A stretch of DNA of 64,000 bases, from NCBI GenBank assembly GCA_001464715.1, contig LNDT01000027.1, forward strand, positions 23,746 to 87,745. Direction: 5' to 3'. The notes under the pieces are model-generated. The model was not told the origin of the DNA and searched no databases. It saw only the letters and a program-made list of their open reading frames with translations. Positions within the stretch are counted from its first letter, which is position 1, and each line of letters opens with the position of its first letter. Positions 1 to 8,251 of this stretch are shown one piece after another. Position numbers and translations under genes: made by a program. The DNA comes from Bdellovibrionales bacterium Ga0074137 (GTDB taxonomy: Bacteria > Bdellovibrionota > Bdellovibrionia > Bdellovibrionales > JAMPXM01).

Positions 1-470
1 ATTATTTTTCCATCGACCTTCATGAAAAGATTCAGACGAATGGAAAGTCCCTGGGGGCCGCGTGTGATAATTGGAAGAATAGCGGCGTCTGTTCCAAGCG
101 GTGCCAGCAGACTTTGAGTGAGTTCTGGTTTCTCTTCAAGATCCAAAGGAGCTTGTGGCATCGATGCGATCTTCGCATCCGAGTATTCCCAGCGGTGCGA
201 GCTTTTTACGAGAGCGATGAGGTGTTCTTCAACGGGCCGCGCATAAATTCCGTCGGTATTGTCGCTTCCAGGAAGAACGCTCATTTTTCGGATCGTCAGT
301 TTTTCGTCCACCGAACTTTTATAGGTAGCGCCAAGTTGTACTCGGTCGGAAGTCTGAGCTTCACTGGAGATCGGATTAAGAAGGACCAAAGTCCATAGTC
401 CCGCCGCGGCCACGGTCCGTGAGATAATCCTGACGGGACACTTATACAATTGAGTGCGGGCGGTGTTCAC
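1..470 (-). CDS. hypothetical secreted protein; 3' end runs off the left window edge and it is absent from the supplied ORF track
   Basis: Manual translation of the minus strand gives an uninterrupted frame from about 470 down to position 3. It reads ..RTVAAAGLWTLVLLNPISSEAQTSDRVQLGATYKSSVDEKLTIRKMSVLPGSDNTDGIYARPVEEHLIALVKSSHRWEYSDAKIASMPQAPLDLEEKPELTQSLLAPLGTDAAILPIITRGPQGLSIRLNLFMKVDGKII. The N-terminus looks like a signal peptide. The start is uncertain (GTG 468-470, TTG 447-449 or GTG 411-413) and no clear SD is present. Confidence 0.4.
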   Translation of the reverse strand, partial: MNTARTQLYKCPVRIISRTVAAAGLWTLVLLNPISSEAQTSDRVQLGATYKSSVDEKLTIRKMSVLPGSDNTDGIYARPVEEHLIALVKSSHRWEYSDAKIASMPQAPLDLEEKPELTQSLLAPLGTDAAILPIITRGPQGLSIRLNLFMKVDGKI

Positions 471-572
471 TTCAATAAGTCTGCCCGTGAGATGCTTTTC
501 AAACAAGTATTCCCCGCAAGGATTAGGCGCTGGTCTCGTCAAGCTCCGCGCAGTGAAAGCCGATAATGGTTC

Positions 573-1703
573 ATGATCTTTTTGAGCAAATCTCGAAGTT
601 CACATCTGCTAATTTTGGCGCTGGCGGCGTTGGCGCTCGCAGCCAATTTGCCAGCTTCTGCAGGGGCACAAAGTGCGATCGACCCGAGCTCGGCTCTTCT
701 TTTGAATTCGTCCCGATCGGATTCGACGACCCGGTCGCGCACCACCGATTCAAGACTGGACTCAGGTCGATACACGGTTCGCCCGCGCCCAGAATCAAGA
801 CCAGAAGCACGACCCGAAGCAAAGTCGGAAGTACGGTCAACCCAAACACCGTCCGCGCGGCGTTCGGCGGACCCAAGTCCGACATCCGTTGTGCCAACGT
901 CACCAACTGAGAGCGAAGATGGCGCGACTGTTATTCTTCCGACGGCCAACGACGGTATTGTGGTGGTTTCGGAGACGACGAAGTCAGACCAAAGTGCCGA
1001 GCCCGTCGCGCTGAAAGAAAGACTTCTCGAAATCTCTATTGCGACAGCCTACTTTTATGAAAACGCAGAGAGTGGATATAGTTTTCGACAAGCGACGATG
1101 GCTGGTCCTGCGTATGCGGCAGCCGCGAAAGTTTGGTTGAGTCCCGAATTCGCCATCGGCGGTTCGTACTTTTCGTCTCTCGGTGGACAAGTTGCCGATG
1201 GAGTGTCCGCAGTCAGCGCTTCAAGAACAGACACTGCATTTGGAATCTATCTTGGAAAAAAGTTTTCAGAATCGAGTCTCACCTTCGGAATCGAGTTTCT
1301 GGATACGCAGTTTAAGGTGAGTGGCGATACGGTTTCAAAAGTGAATACGAAGTCCAATGGAGTTCGTGTTTCTATCGAAGGTGAGTTCCAATCGAGCTCT
1401 AACGCGAGCTGGGTTGTCGGATTTTCTGCATCACCAAAGATTCAGCACGAAGAAACTCCGGCCGCGACCAACGCCCAGTCAGGGACGGCTGTGAATGCCT
1501 ATCAGGTTGGGGCTTCTGTCGAGCGGAGATGGCAGTTTGATTCCGCACACGCGGTTTTCTTAAAGCTCGAGCATCGTCTCGAGCGGGATCTTTTCACCGG
1601 CACTGCCACACAAGCCGATCCTATCGGTGGAGCGACACCATCGGGTGTTGCTGCGACTGTCGGCACGACTGTCATCCAGTTTGGCTATAACTGGGGAAAT
1701 TGA
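573..1703 (+). CDS. hypothetical secreted protein, possibly outer-membrane associated
   Basis: ATG start. Signal peptide MIFLSKSRSSHLLILALAALALAANLPASAGA, then an S/R/P/T-rich low-complexity stretch, then a C-terminal half with alternating beta-like patterns ending QFGYNWGN. No family recognised. Confidence 0.55.
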   Translation: MIFLSKSRSSHLLILALAALALAANLPASAGAQSAIDPSSALLLNSSRSDSTTRSRTTDSRLDSGRYTVRPRPESRPEARPEAKSEVRSTQTPSARRSADPSPTSVVPTSPTESEDGATVILPTANDGIVVVSETTKSDQSAEPVALKERLLEISIATAYFYENAESGYSFRQATMAGPAYAAAAKVWLSPEFAIGGSYFSSLGGQVADGVSAVSASRTDTAFGIYLGKKFSESSLTFGIEFLDTQFKVSGDTVSKVNTKSNGVRVSIEGEFQSSSNASWVVGFSASPKIQHEETPAATNAQSGTAVNAYQVGASVERRWQFDSAHAVFLKLEHRLERDLFTGTATQADPIGGATPSGVAATVGTTVIQFGYNWGN

Positions 1704-1751
1704 ACCTAATTTCCGTCTCGGTTTCGCGTCTCTTCAAGCTACAATGATCCC

Positions 1752-2123
1752 ATGATTCGTCTCCTCCTCGTCGACGACGCCCCCTTTGTTCGAGAAATCG
1801 TTCGTCACTCTTTATCAAAGAGTGACATTGAAATCGTGGGCGAAGCCGAAGACGGTGTCGAGGCCCTGCGGTTAGCGGCTGAGCTTCGTCCTGATGTGAT
1901 TCTGATGGACATTGTCTTGCCACTTAAAGGCGGTATCGATGCGACTCGCGAGATTCTGGGCGACTTTCCTGAAATTAAAGTTGTTGGATTTTCGACCAAT
2001 GATCACGAGACAATTGTAATGAAAGCGCTGGATGCAGGTTGCTGTAGTTTCATTGTAAAACCATTTCAAGCAGCGGATTTGATCGCAGCGATCGAACAAG
2101 CTGTTCAAGTCAAAACTGCGTGA
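1752..2123 (+). CDS. single-domain CheY-like response regulator receiver
   Basis: MIRLLLVDDAPFVREIV..DVILMDIVLP..VVGFST..KALDAGCCSFIVKPF carries the DD, phospho-acceptor D, T/S and K receiver signature. At 123 aa it has no output domain. Confidence 0.85.
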   Translation: MIRLLLVDDAPFVREIVRHSLSKSDIEIVGEAEDGVEALRLAAELRPDVILMDIVLPLKGGIDATREILGDFPEIKVVGFSTNDHETIVMKALDAGCCSFIVKPFQAADLIAAIEQAVQVKTA

Positions 2124-2129
2124 GGGACT

Positions 2130-2408
2130 ATGTCTGAATTCTTCTTTGTCGTAAAAACCGTTCTTTTTTCAGTTCTCTTGATGATGCTTCTGCAAATGCA
2201 GGTTGGATCGGCGACTTTGGAGCGTCACACGGAAAACTGGATCTATCGCTCGCGTGCGGGGGATGAGCTTCAGACGATCGCACGGGGTGCGGTTCGCGCC
2301 GGTTATACAAGCTGGGATTGGATTCAGCGGCAGATGGGTTCAGCGCCTTCGGAAAAAAATCAAGAGCGCTCCGAACGGAGTCGCTCTCGTGATCACGATC
2401 TTGACTAA
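2130..2408 (+). CDS. small membrane protein of unknown function, likely cotranscribed with the CheY-like gene
   Basis: GAGGGA SD lies 6 nt downstream of the cheY-like stop. N-terminal TM is FFFVVKTVLFSVLLMMLLQM and the C-terminal tail is charged. Confidence 0.5.
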   Translation: MSEFFFVVKTVLFSVLLMMLLQMQVGSATLERHTENWIYRSRAGDELQTIARGAVRAGYTSWDWIQRQMGSAPSEKNQERSERSRSRDHDLD

Positions 2409-2411
2409 CGG

Positions 2412-2723
2412 CTACTGAACAGCGTTTGCGCCTTTGACAGATCCGCCAGATGATTTTCCACCAGCGTTGGATTTTGCGTCAAGCGCGACCTCGTATCGAG
2501 ACAAAGCATTGGCCTGCGTGCATTCCTGGCTCTTTGCGGCTTTATGCATTGCTCCGGCAGGAGTACGTTCGTCGTTGGGATCGCTTCGCTTGGTGTTGGC
2601 GAGTTCAACGGCTTGTCGTTTTTGTGTGAGCGATTTTACTGCCGCTGCTTCAGCTGTAGCCGTGAATGAAAGTGCGCAGACTGCAGCCAAAACCATCGAA
2701 CCATTCTTGAGTGACAAAAACAT
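2412..2723 (-). CDS. small secreted Lys/Ala-rich protein (103 aa), unknown function
   Basis: The internal ATG at 2721-2723 is preceded by AGGAGG (GGCGAAGGAGGAAAC-ATG). Signal peptide MFLSLKNGSMVLAAVCALSFTATAEA. Preferred over the overlapping plus-strand ORF 2434..2766, which has neither feature. Confidence 0.6.
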   Translation of the reverse strand: MFLSLKNGSMVLAAVCALSFTATAEAAAVKSLTQKRQAVELANTKRSDPNDERTPAGAMHKAAKSQECTQANALSRYEVALDAKSNAGGKSSGGSVKGANAVQ

Positions 2724-2937
2724 GTTTCCTCCTTCGCCAACACACAATGTGCTGGGTTCCCTTTAATACCTGATGAGGTATCAATACGAACTTCGTGCCG
2801 AATGTACCGATTTGATATGCCAGACAGAAGTGATGTAATTTCAAGTACTTGCGATGGTGTTAGTGAGAGGTAGGGGTTTTGCCTGAAGCGGCCAGAAGAG
2901 GCTTTGCCGACGAGGGGCTTACGGGTGTTTCGATCTT

Positions 2938-2966
2938 AGACACCGTCTCACTTTGAGACGGTGTCT
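2938..2966 (-). terminator. 12-bp perfect stem-loop downstream of the 103-aa secreted-protein gene
   Basis: AGACACCGTCTC-ACTTT-GAGACGGTGTCT lies 24 nt past the stop of CDS 2990..3301. There is no clear U-tract on either strand, so it could be a terminator or an RNA-stability element. Confidence 0.4.
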
Positions 2967-2989
2967 TGGTCCTTTATGCGAGCTCAGGC

Positions 2990-3301
2990 TTAAGAGCCTG
3001 TCTTTCCGCCTTTGGTTTTTGTGGCCGGTGCCGGGGCGCTGTCTTTAGCGGGCTCAATGAGTGGCTCTGCACTGTGGCCCTTGGTATCGTCAGCGGTCTT
3101 AAAGCAGGCGCCGGTCTCGCAGGGAATGCCTGGTGTGAGCGCCTGGGCGTTCATGACCTTTGTGTTCGAAAGACGCTGCTGCTCCTGACTATACTTAGGA
3201 TCATCTTGATAGAATTCAGCGGCCTCGACGGAAGCACTTCCTGCAAAGATCATCATCAGGAGGCCAAGAATGGCGCCGATGGAACGTAGTTTTAGGATCA
3301 T
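2990..3301 (-). CDS. small secreted protein (103 aa), positionally equivalent to the Bdellovibrio hit-locus small protein (Bd0108-like by position only)
   Basis: GGAGAA SD upstream of the ATG. Signal peptide MILKLRSIGAILGLLMMIFAGSASVEA, a two-Cys motif PCETGAC, and a Lys/Thr/Gly-rich tail. It sits 44 nt downstream of the YD-repeat gene on the same strand. Confidence 0.7.
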   Translation of the reverse strand: MILKLRSIGAILGLLMMIFAGSASVEAAEFYQDDPKYSQEQQRLSNTKVMNAQALTPGIPCETGACFKTADDTKGHSAEPLIEPAKDSAPAPATKTKGGKTGS

Positions 3302-3345
3302 CTGTTTCTCCGTTTCTCGATCGAATCATCGACCGAGGCGATTAA

Positions 3346-5058
3346 CTATAAATTCATCTCTGACGTCGCGGGCGCAATAATATCCAGCAAATTGTTAAAT
3401 GTGCTGGCGACCTGTGTTGCTACAGCGGCGCCGTCGTTACTTTCAACCTTATTTATTTCACCATTTGGTTTGTACGTCACGGCGATCGTTCCGACTTTTG
3501 GGCGGGTGATCTGCGAAGGGCGACCGGTGCGCTCTTCGTACTTAATCTGAACTTCTTTCTTCGCCTGATCGGTGATCGAGGCGATTCGGCCTCGTTGATC
3601 ATACGTTAACCGCACTGTTTGTCCGTCCGAATTTTTGGCGTCGGCAAGGTTCCCGCGAGAATCGTAATTGAATACAGTCTCTCGCTTTTTGGCGACCTTG
3701 CCTTTGAGGTCGAAAAACTCGGTGTTCACTTTGGAAACTTTGTTAAAGGAGTTCTTATACTCAAAAACCAGGCGTGTTGTTGAGGTCGACTTTTCTTTCA
3801 CAAGGCCGTTGGCGTAGTAGTCATACGACGTCGTCAAAGAATTTCGTTTGATTGATGTCGGTCGACCGTATTCCGGATGATAGGAAACGTCGAGAGTGTC
3901 GGTCATCGAGCGGTTTAGGACGCGAGCCAGAACCTTTCGACCGTCCGAACGAGTCTTGAGCCAAAATTCAAAGCGTGCTTCGTTTTTAATTTCATTTCCG
4001 CACTTCTTTACGGCCGTCGACCAGAAATGATCCTTCGGATTCTGTTTGTTCGAGTTGTACTCGTAAGACTCTTTGCAAGCGACGCCGGCGACGGCGCGGT
4101 CTGTGAACGAGGTCACCCAGTCGTTCTTCTGATTGTACGAAAGAGCTTTAAAAGTATCGTCAGGGAAAGTGACTTTGGTGAGGTTGTGAAGATCGTCGTA
4201 CTCGTAGGTATAAGTGTTCTTCCACATGTTTTTAACTTGCTGAAGATCTTCGCCATTGTATTTGTACTCGACTTTTATGCCGCCGGGGCCAGTGATGTCT
4301 TTCACGCGTTTGGTGGGAAAAAAGCTGAAGGTCAGTTTTTTTCCGCTGTTGTCGATGGCTTCTTTCATCAGCTCGCCAGCGTAAGTAAAGCGCAAAAAGT
4401 TTCCATTCTTATCGTAGAGAGCTGTCAGGCGGCCCTCTTTCGTGAACCTTTGCGATGAGCCGTCGGCCAAAGTTCGTGTGTACTGAATTCCGTCGAACTC
4501 GATCTTCTCGACTTCGAGGTTGTCGGAAACGAAAACGCTCCCTTTGGTGATCTCGGGTTCTTTCAGGCTTGCTTGGCGCGCCCATCGACTTCGAAGGCTG
4601 ACGTTGTTCAAAAGTTGCTCGCGAAGTGTCGCGATCGAGCTATCGCCGGAGTTTGGGTTTGTTCTTTTGTAGTAGGCAACAATGGCGTCGATTGTTTTAG
4701 ATACGCTGTCGCCAGAAGCAGACTGCGCACGGTAAGTGATTTCTTGTCCTGCGCCACACTCTTGAAGCTTCAAAGTTCCTTCAGGGGTTTTTTCAATATT
4801 CGTTTCAAAGTCTGAACACCAACCGAAGCCGAACATGCCGTTAAAAACCGACCGACTGTTGTAGGTTCTTTGAACTTTCAGCGAATATCCAGAACCAGCA
4901 AGCTGCACGTCGATCCACGATTCAGTGTAGTTTGCGTTTTTCATATCGACCGTGGCACTGGCTAAATTCGGAAAGCCAAGTAGCGCAGCCGCGCCGGCAA
5001 AAGTGGCCACGTGAGCGGCCATCTTCGAAAGCAGTGTACTCTTTGAGTTGAATCGCAT
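3346..5058 (-). CDS. secreted YD-repeat (RHS-family repeat) protein with no recognisable toxin tip
   Basis: Start is the ATG at 5056-5058, with GGGAGA 8 nt upstream. Signal peptide MRFNSKSTLLSKMAAHVATFAGAAALLGFPNLASA. Canonical YD repeats, e.g. FNYDSRGNLADAKNSDGQTVRLTYDQRGRIASITDQ and TSYDYYANGLVKEK. I did not see a PxxxxDPxGL core or a C-terminal toxin domain. Confidence 0.85.
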   Translation of the reverse strand: MRFNSKSTLLSKMAAHVATFAGAAALLGFPNLASATVDMKNANYTESWIDVQLAGSGYSLKVQRTYNSRSVFNGMFGFGWCSDFETNIEKTPEGTLKLQECGAGQEITYRAQSASGDSVSKTIDAIVAYYKRTNPNSGDSSIATLREQLLNNVSLRSRWARQASLKEPEITKGSVFVSDNLEVEKIEFDGIQYTRTLADGSSQRFTKEGRLTALYDKNGNFLRFTYAGELMKEAIDNSGKKLTFSFFPTKRVKDITGPGGIKVEYKYNGEDLQQVKNMWKNTYTYEYDDLHNLTKVTFPDDTFKALSYNQKNDWVTSFTDRAVAGVACKESYEYNSNKQNPKDHFWSTAVKKCGNEIKNEARFEFWLKTRSDGRKVLARVLNRSMTDTLDVSYHPEYGRPTSIKRNSLTTSYDYYANGLVKEKSTSTTRLVFEYKNSFNKVSKVNTEFFDLKGKVAKKRETVFNYDSRGNLADAKNSDGQTVRLTYDQRGRIASITDQAKKEVQIKYEERTGRPSQITRPKVGTIAVTYKPNGEINKVESNDGAAVATQVASTFNNLLDIIAPATSEMNL

Positions 5059-5125
5059 TTCGTTATCTCCCGAGAAAATCGTCAAGACGGCCATAGCCGC
5101 CAAGCTCAAAGCTTGATCTCAATCG

Positions 5126-6004
5126 CTACACTTTAATCTTAATGAGTTTGTGCATCGCGTATCCACCGATAACTTGCAGGCCCAGCATGATTACGACGGC
5201 CACCAGGCCTAGAGTCGTGTTGAACAGCGGCGCTATGTAATTCGGATCAATCACCCAGAAGACGACAAGCAGTGCGAAAGGCACCATAACGATGATGGTT
5301 CCTTGGGCCATGCCTTGTGCGGTCAGCGCTTCGATTTTTTTCTCGACCTTCTGTCGCTCTCGCACGACCTCGACAATGGTCTTGAAAGTCTCGCCCATAT
5401 TGCCGCCAGTTTCCTGGAGGATATTTACCGACGTTACAAACATCTGAACATCTTGGCGGGGAATGCGCGTCCCAAGATCATTCAAAGCTTCAGATAGACT
5501 CCGTCCGATTCGAATCTGAGAAAGAACCAGACCGAATTCTTGGCTGATGGGATTTGAAAGATTGTTTTGAATCCGCTCCATTGACTGTTGAACCGACAGT
5601 CCGGCCTTCACGCCGTTGGCCATCATCGTCATGCCGTCGATCATTTGATCGACGAAGAGCGAACAGCGGCGCGCCCAAAGAAATTGAATTACGAGTTTTG
5701 GAACAGACCACATTGCAATGGTCACCACGCCGCCGAAAATTAGACCCGCCGTTATATTGGGCCAAGCAATGACGAAGATCAAAGCTCCAATACCGAAGCT
5801 TGATGAAAGCATCATCATCGTTACTTTGGCGCGATCTGTTTGAACGAACATGAGTTCCAAGAGTCTTAGAACTTCTTCCCGCTGTCCTAAGCTTCTGGTG
5901 TGAAGCCAATTAATAATTCTATCGGCCCAAAGGTAGGTGACAAAAAAAGCCGAGCCACCAATGGCAGGAAGCATCACCCAGTCGTTGGCAAAGATCGCGT
6001 TCAT
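5126..6004 (-). CDS. Tad platform protein, TadB/TadC (T2SS-F) family
   Basis: Polytopic membrane protein with the T2SSF-type segment LSNPISQEFGLVLSQIRIGRSLSEALNDLG..VNILQETGGNMGETF..KKIEALTAQGMAQG. Its start overlaps the stop of the upstream ATPase gene by 4 nt. Confidence 0.85.
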   Translation of the reverse strand: MNAIFANDWVMLPAIGGSAFFVTYLWADRIINWLHTRSLGQREEVLRLLELMFVQTDRAKVTMMMLSSSFGIGALIFVIAWPNITAGLIFGGVVTIAMWSVPKLVIQFLWARRCSLFVDQMIDGMTMMANGVKAGLSVQQSMERIQNNLSNPISQEFGLVLSQIRIGRSLSEALNDLGTRIPRQDVQMFVTSVNILQETGGNMGETFKTIVEVVRERQKVEKKIEALTAQGMAQGTIIVMVPFALLVVFWVIDPNYIAPLFNTTLGLVAVVIMLGLQVIGGYAMHKLIKIKV

Positions 6005-8208
6005 CGTGATCCTCCACTTACTTTTCGCGGATCCGCGGCGGGCGGCGCAGCGGGTGCAGCCGCTGGCGCAGGGGCGTTCGAGAAAAGAGATTTTGGAATA
6101 ATCAGGCCACGCTTTTCAAATTTTTCGATACATTTTGGAACAAGGCCTGTAGCCTGGAATTCACCGATAATTTTTCGATTCTTATCAAAGCCTTTTTCGA
6201 CAAACTTGAAGACTTCTTGCTGAGTCACGACGTCGCCCTGCATCCCCTGAACTTCGGAAATACTGATAAGCTTACGAGAGCCGTCCGACAGGCGCTGGAT
6301 CTGAACAATAAGATTCACAGCGTTGGCAATTTGTTCGCGAATCGCAGACGAGGGCATTCCGGATCCCGCCATCATGCAGAGACTTTCAATCCGACCGATC
6401 GCTTCTTTCGGATTGTTTGCATGCACGGTAGTCATTGAACCGTCATGACCCGTTGACATCGCACCCAGCATATCAAGAGCGGCACCATCGCGACATTCGC
6501 CGACGACAATTCGTTCAGGTCGCATACGAAGCGAGTTCTTTACGAGATCACGAATCGTAACCGCACCAGTCCCCTCCATATTGGCAGGACGAGTTTCGAG
6601 GCGAACGACGTGCTCTTGCTTCAACTGAAGTTCGGCTGCGTCCTCGATCGTGACAATGCGTTCGTTCGATGGAATGAAAGCAGATATTGTATTGAGTAGT
6701 GTCGTTTTACCCGAGCCAGTACCGCCAGAGATAACGACATTCATTTTATTGGCGACGCAGATTCGCAGAAACTCCATCATGTTCCCAGTCGCTGCATTCC
6801 ATTCCTTGTAGTAGGTCTCAGGGCTAATGGTACCTTTACGGAATTTTCGAATCGTAACAGCGGGACCGTCAATGGCGAGGGGCTCGACGACAGCGTTCAC
6901 ACGCGAGCCATCTTTCAGACGTGCATCGACGTAGGGAATAGATTCGTTGATCTGTCGACCCAGTGGCGCCACGATGCGCTCGATGACTTTTCGTAAGTGA
7001 AAGTTCGAAGTGAATTTTGTGGGACTCAGCTGAACGATTCCATTTTTTTCGATGTAGATCTTTTCGTGGCCGCACACCATGATTTCGGAGACGGTGGGGT
7101 CTTCCAAAAGATCTTCAAGAGCACCAAGGCCAAGAGCTTCATCTAAAATTTCTTTGATCACGGCTCCACGATCGTCGCGGCCAAGGCCAGGGCCTTCTTT
7201 GTCGACGAGCGTCGCGATGACAGCATTTGTTTTACGACGAAGATCAGCCTCTTTGTCGGGATCACCCTGAGTGTCAGTGACACCCTTTTTGAGATCCATC
7301 GCTTTAATAAGTTCGTTGTGAACCGTCATCTTGAGTGCGGTTCGTGGATCAAGATTCTTTAAGCCTTTGCGCTGTGGCGTTGCCGAAGTTACTTCGACTT
7401 TTGGTGTGTCCTTCGCGGTCAACTTTTGTGGTTTTGCAGCCGCTTTTAGCTGCTGCAGAACACCGCCGGTGAGACGCCGGACGATATCAAAGTGAGCGGC
7501 CGCAACGGCTGATTTCGGAGCGCTGATAACAAACGGGGCCGAGCGCGCCACCGAGCCAAGAACTGTGGCATCGTCTTGCGGAATGACTCCCAGCACGGTC
7601 TTTCGAAGCGATTGCCCGATACTTGCCGGAGCAAGGCCCGCAGGGCCGGCTTTATTGACAACGATCTGAACGACCTCCGTCGGGAGGTTGGACGCAAGCA
7701 GTTCAGTCATCATTCGCATGGTTTGATTGACGGCCAAAACTTCAGGCGCGGTCACAAGAATAAGTGCGGTGGTTTTTTCGATGGCGGCCAGCTGCATCGG
7801 CCCGATCTGGTTTCCTAGATCGAGGACAATGAATCGGAAGACATTGGTCAAATTCTCGATTTGCCGAATAATCTGTTCGGTGTTTCCGCCCAGAGACTCG
7901 TCACGACCGCGAACAGCGGCGATGTAAGCCATATTTGTTCCGGGAATAACATTGGCGACGCTTGAAACTGTCTGTGGTGAAATAGTTCCGTTGAAGGCGC
8001 CAAGTTCGGCGACAGTTTTAACTTCGCGAACGCCGAGCAGAAAATTTTGGTCGCCGCAGCTCTGCGAATCAAAATCGATGAGTAATGTCGGTTGTTTAAG
8101 CTCGAGTGCGAAGGCGAGTGCGAGGTTAGCGCTGAACACGCTTTTACCCATGCCGCCTTTACCGCCGGTCACTCCGATAATAAATGAGTTTGGATTCACA
8201 GCCATCAA
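6001..8208 (-). CDS. fusion protein: N-terminal MinD/ParA-type (CpaE/TadZ-like) ATPase plus C-terminal CpaF/TadA secretion ATPase
   Basis: aa 8-250 carry the deviant Walker A GVTGGKGGMGKS (nt 8143-8169) and a MinD-like core (FIVLDLGN). aa 250-285 form a K/A/T/P linker. aa 286-705 are CpaF-like (LGLGALEDLLEDPTVSEIMV, Walker A GGTGSGKTT at nt 6703-6729, RLETRP, ECRDGAALDML, STGHDGSMTTVHA). The tail is Pro/Ala-rich. It is one uninterrupted ORF. Confidence 0.85.
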   Translation of the reverse strand: MMAVNPNSFIIGVTGGKGGMGKSVFSANLALAFALELKQPTLLIDFDSQSCGDQNFLLGVREVKTVAELGAFNGTISPQTVSSVANVIPGTNMAYIAAVRGRDESLGGNTEQIIRQIENLTNVFRFIVLDLGNQIGPMQLAAIEKTTALILVTAPEVLAVNQTMRMMTELLASNLPTEVVQIVVNKAGPAGLAPASIGQSLRKTVLGVIPQDDATVLGSVARSAPFVISAPKSAVAAAHFDIVRRLTGGVLQQLKAAAKPQKLTAKDTPKVEVTSATPQRKGLKNLDPRTALKMTVHNELIKAMDLKKGVTDTQGDPDKEADLRRKTNAVIATLVDKEGPGLGRDDRGAVIKEILDEALGLGALEDLLEDPTVSEIMVCGHEKIYIEKNGIVQLSPTKFTSNFHLRKVIERIVAPLGRQINESIPYVDARLKDGSRVNAVVEPLAIDGPAVTIRKFRKGTISPETYYKEWNAATGNMMEFLRICVANKMNVVISGGTGSGKTTLLNTISAFIPSNERIVTIEDAAELQLKQEHVVRLETRPANMEGTGAVTIRDLVKNSLRMRPERIVVGECRDGAALDMLGAMSTGHDGSMTTVHANNPKEAIGRIESLCMMAGSGMPSSAIREQIANAVNLIVQIQRLSDGSRKLISISEVQGMQGDVVTQQEVFKFVEKGFDKNRKIIGEFQATGLVPKCIEKFEKRGLIIPKSLFSNAPAPAAAPAAPPAADPRKVSGGSR

Positions 8209-8251
8209 ATGCCTATCGGCACAAAATGGGACAAAACTGAGGCTGAAATGC

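Noticed and set aside
114-398. 94-aa plus-strand ORF from the track
   Set aside because: It lies antisense to a longer, more protein-like minus-strand frame that runs off the window edge. It has no SD and an implausible composition.
539-949. Minus-strand ORFs 539..949 and 571..906, and the plus-strand ORF 566..910
   Set aside because: They overlap the 5' low-complexity part of CDS 573..1703, which has an ATG, a signal peptide and a long downstream frame. They are alternate-frame artefacts of an S/R/P-rich region.
2434-2766. 110-aa plus-strand ORF overlapping CDS 2412..2723
   Set aside because: The minus-strand reading has AGGAGG plus a signal peptide. The plus-strand reading has neither feature.
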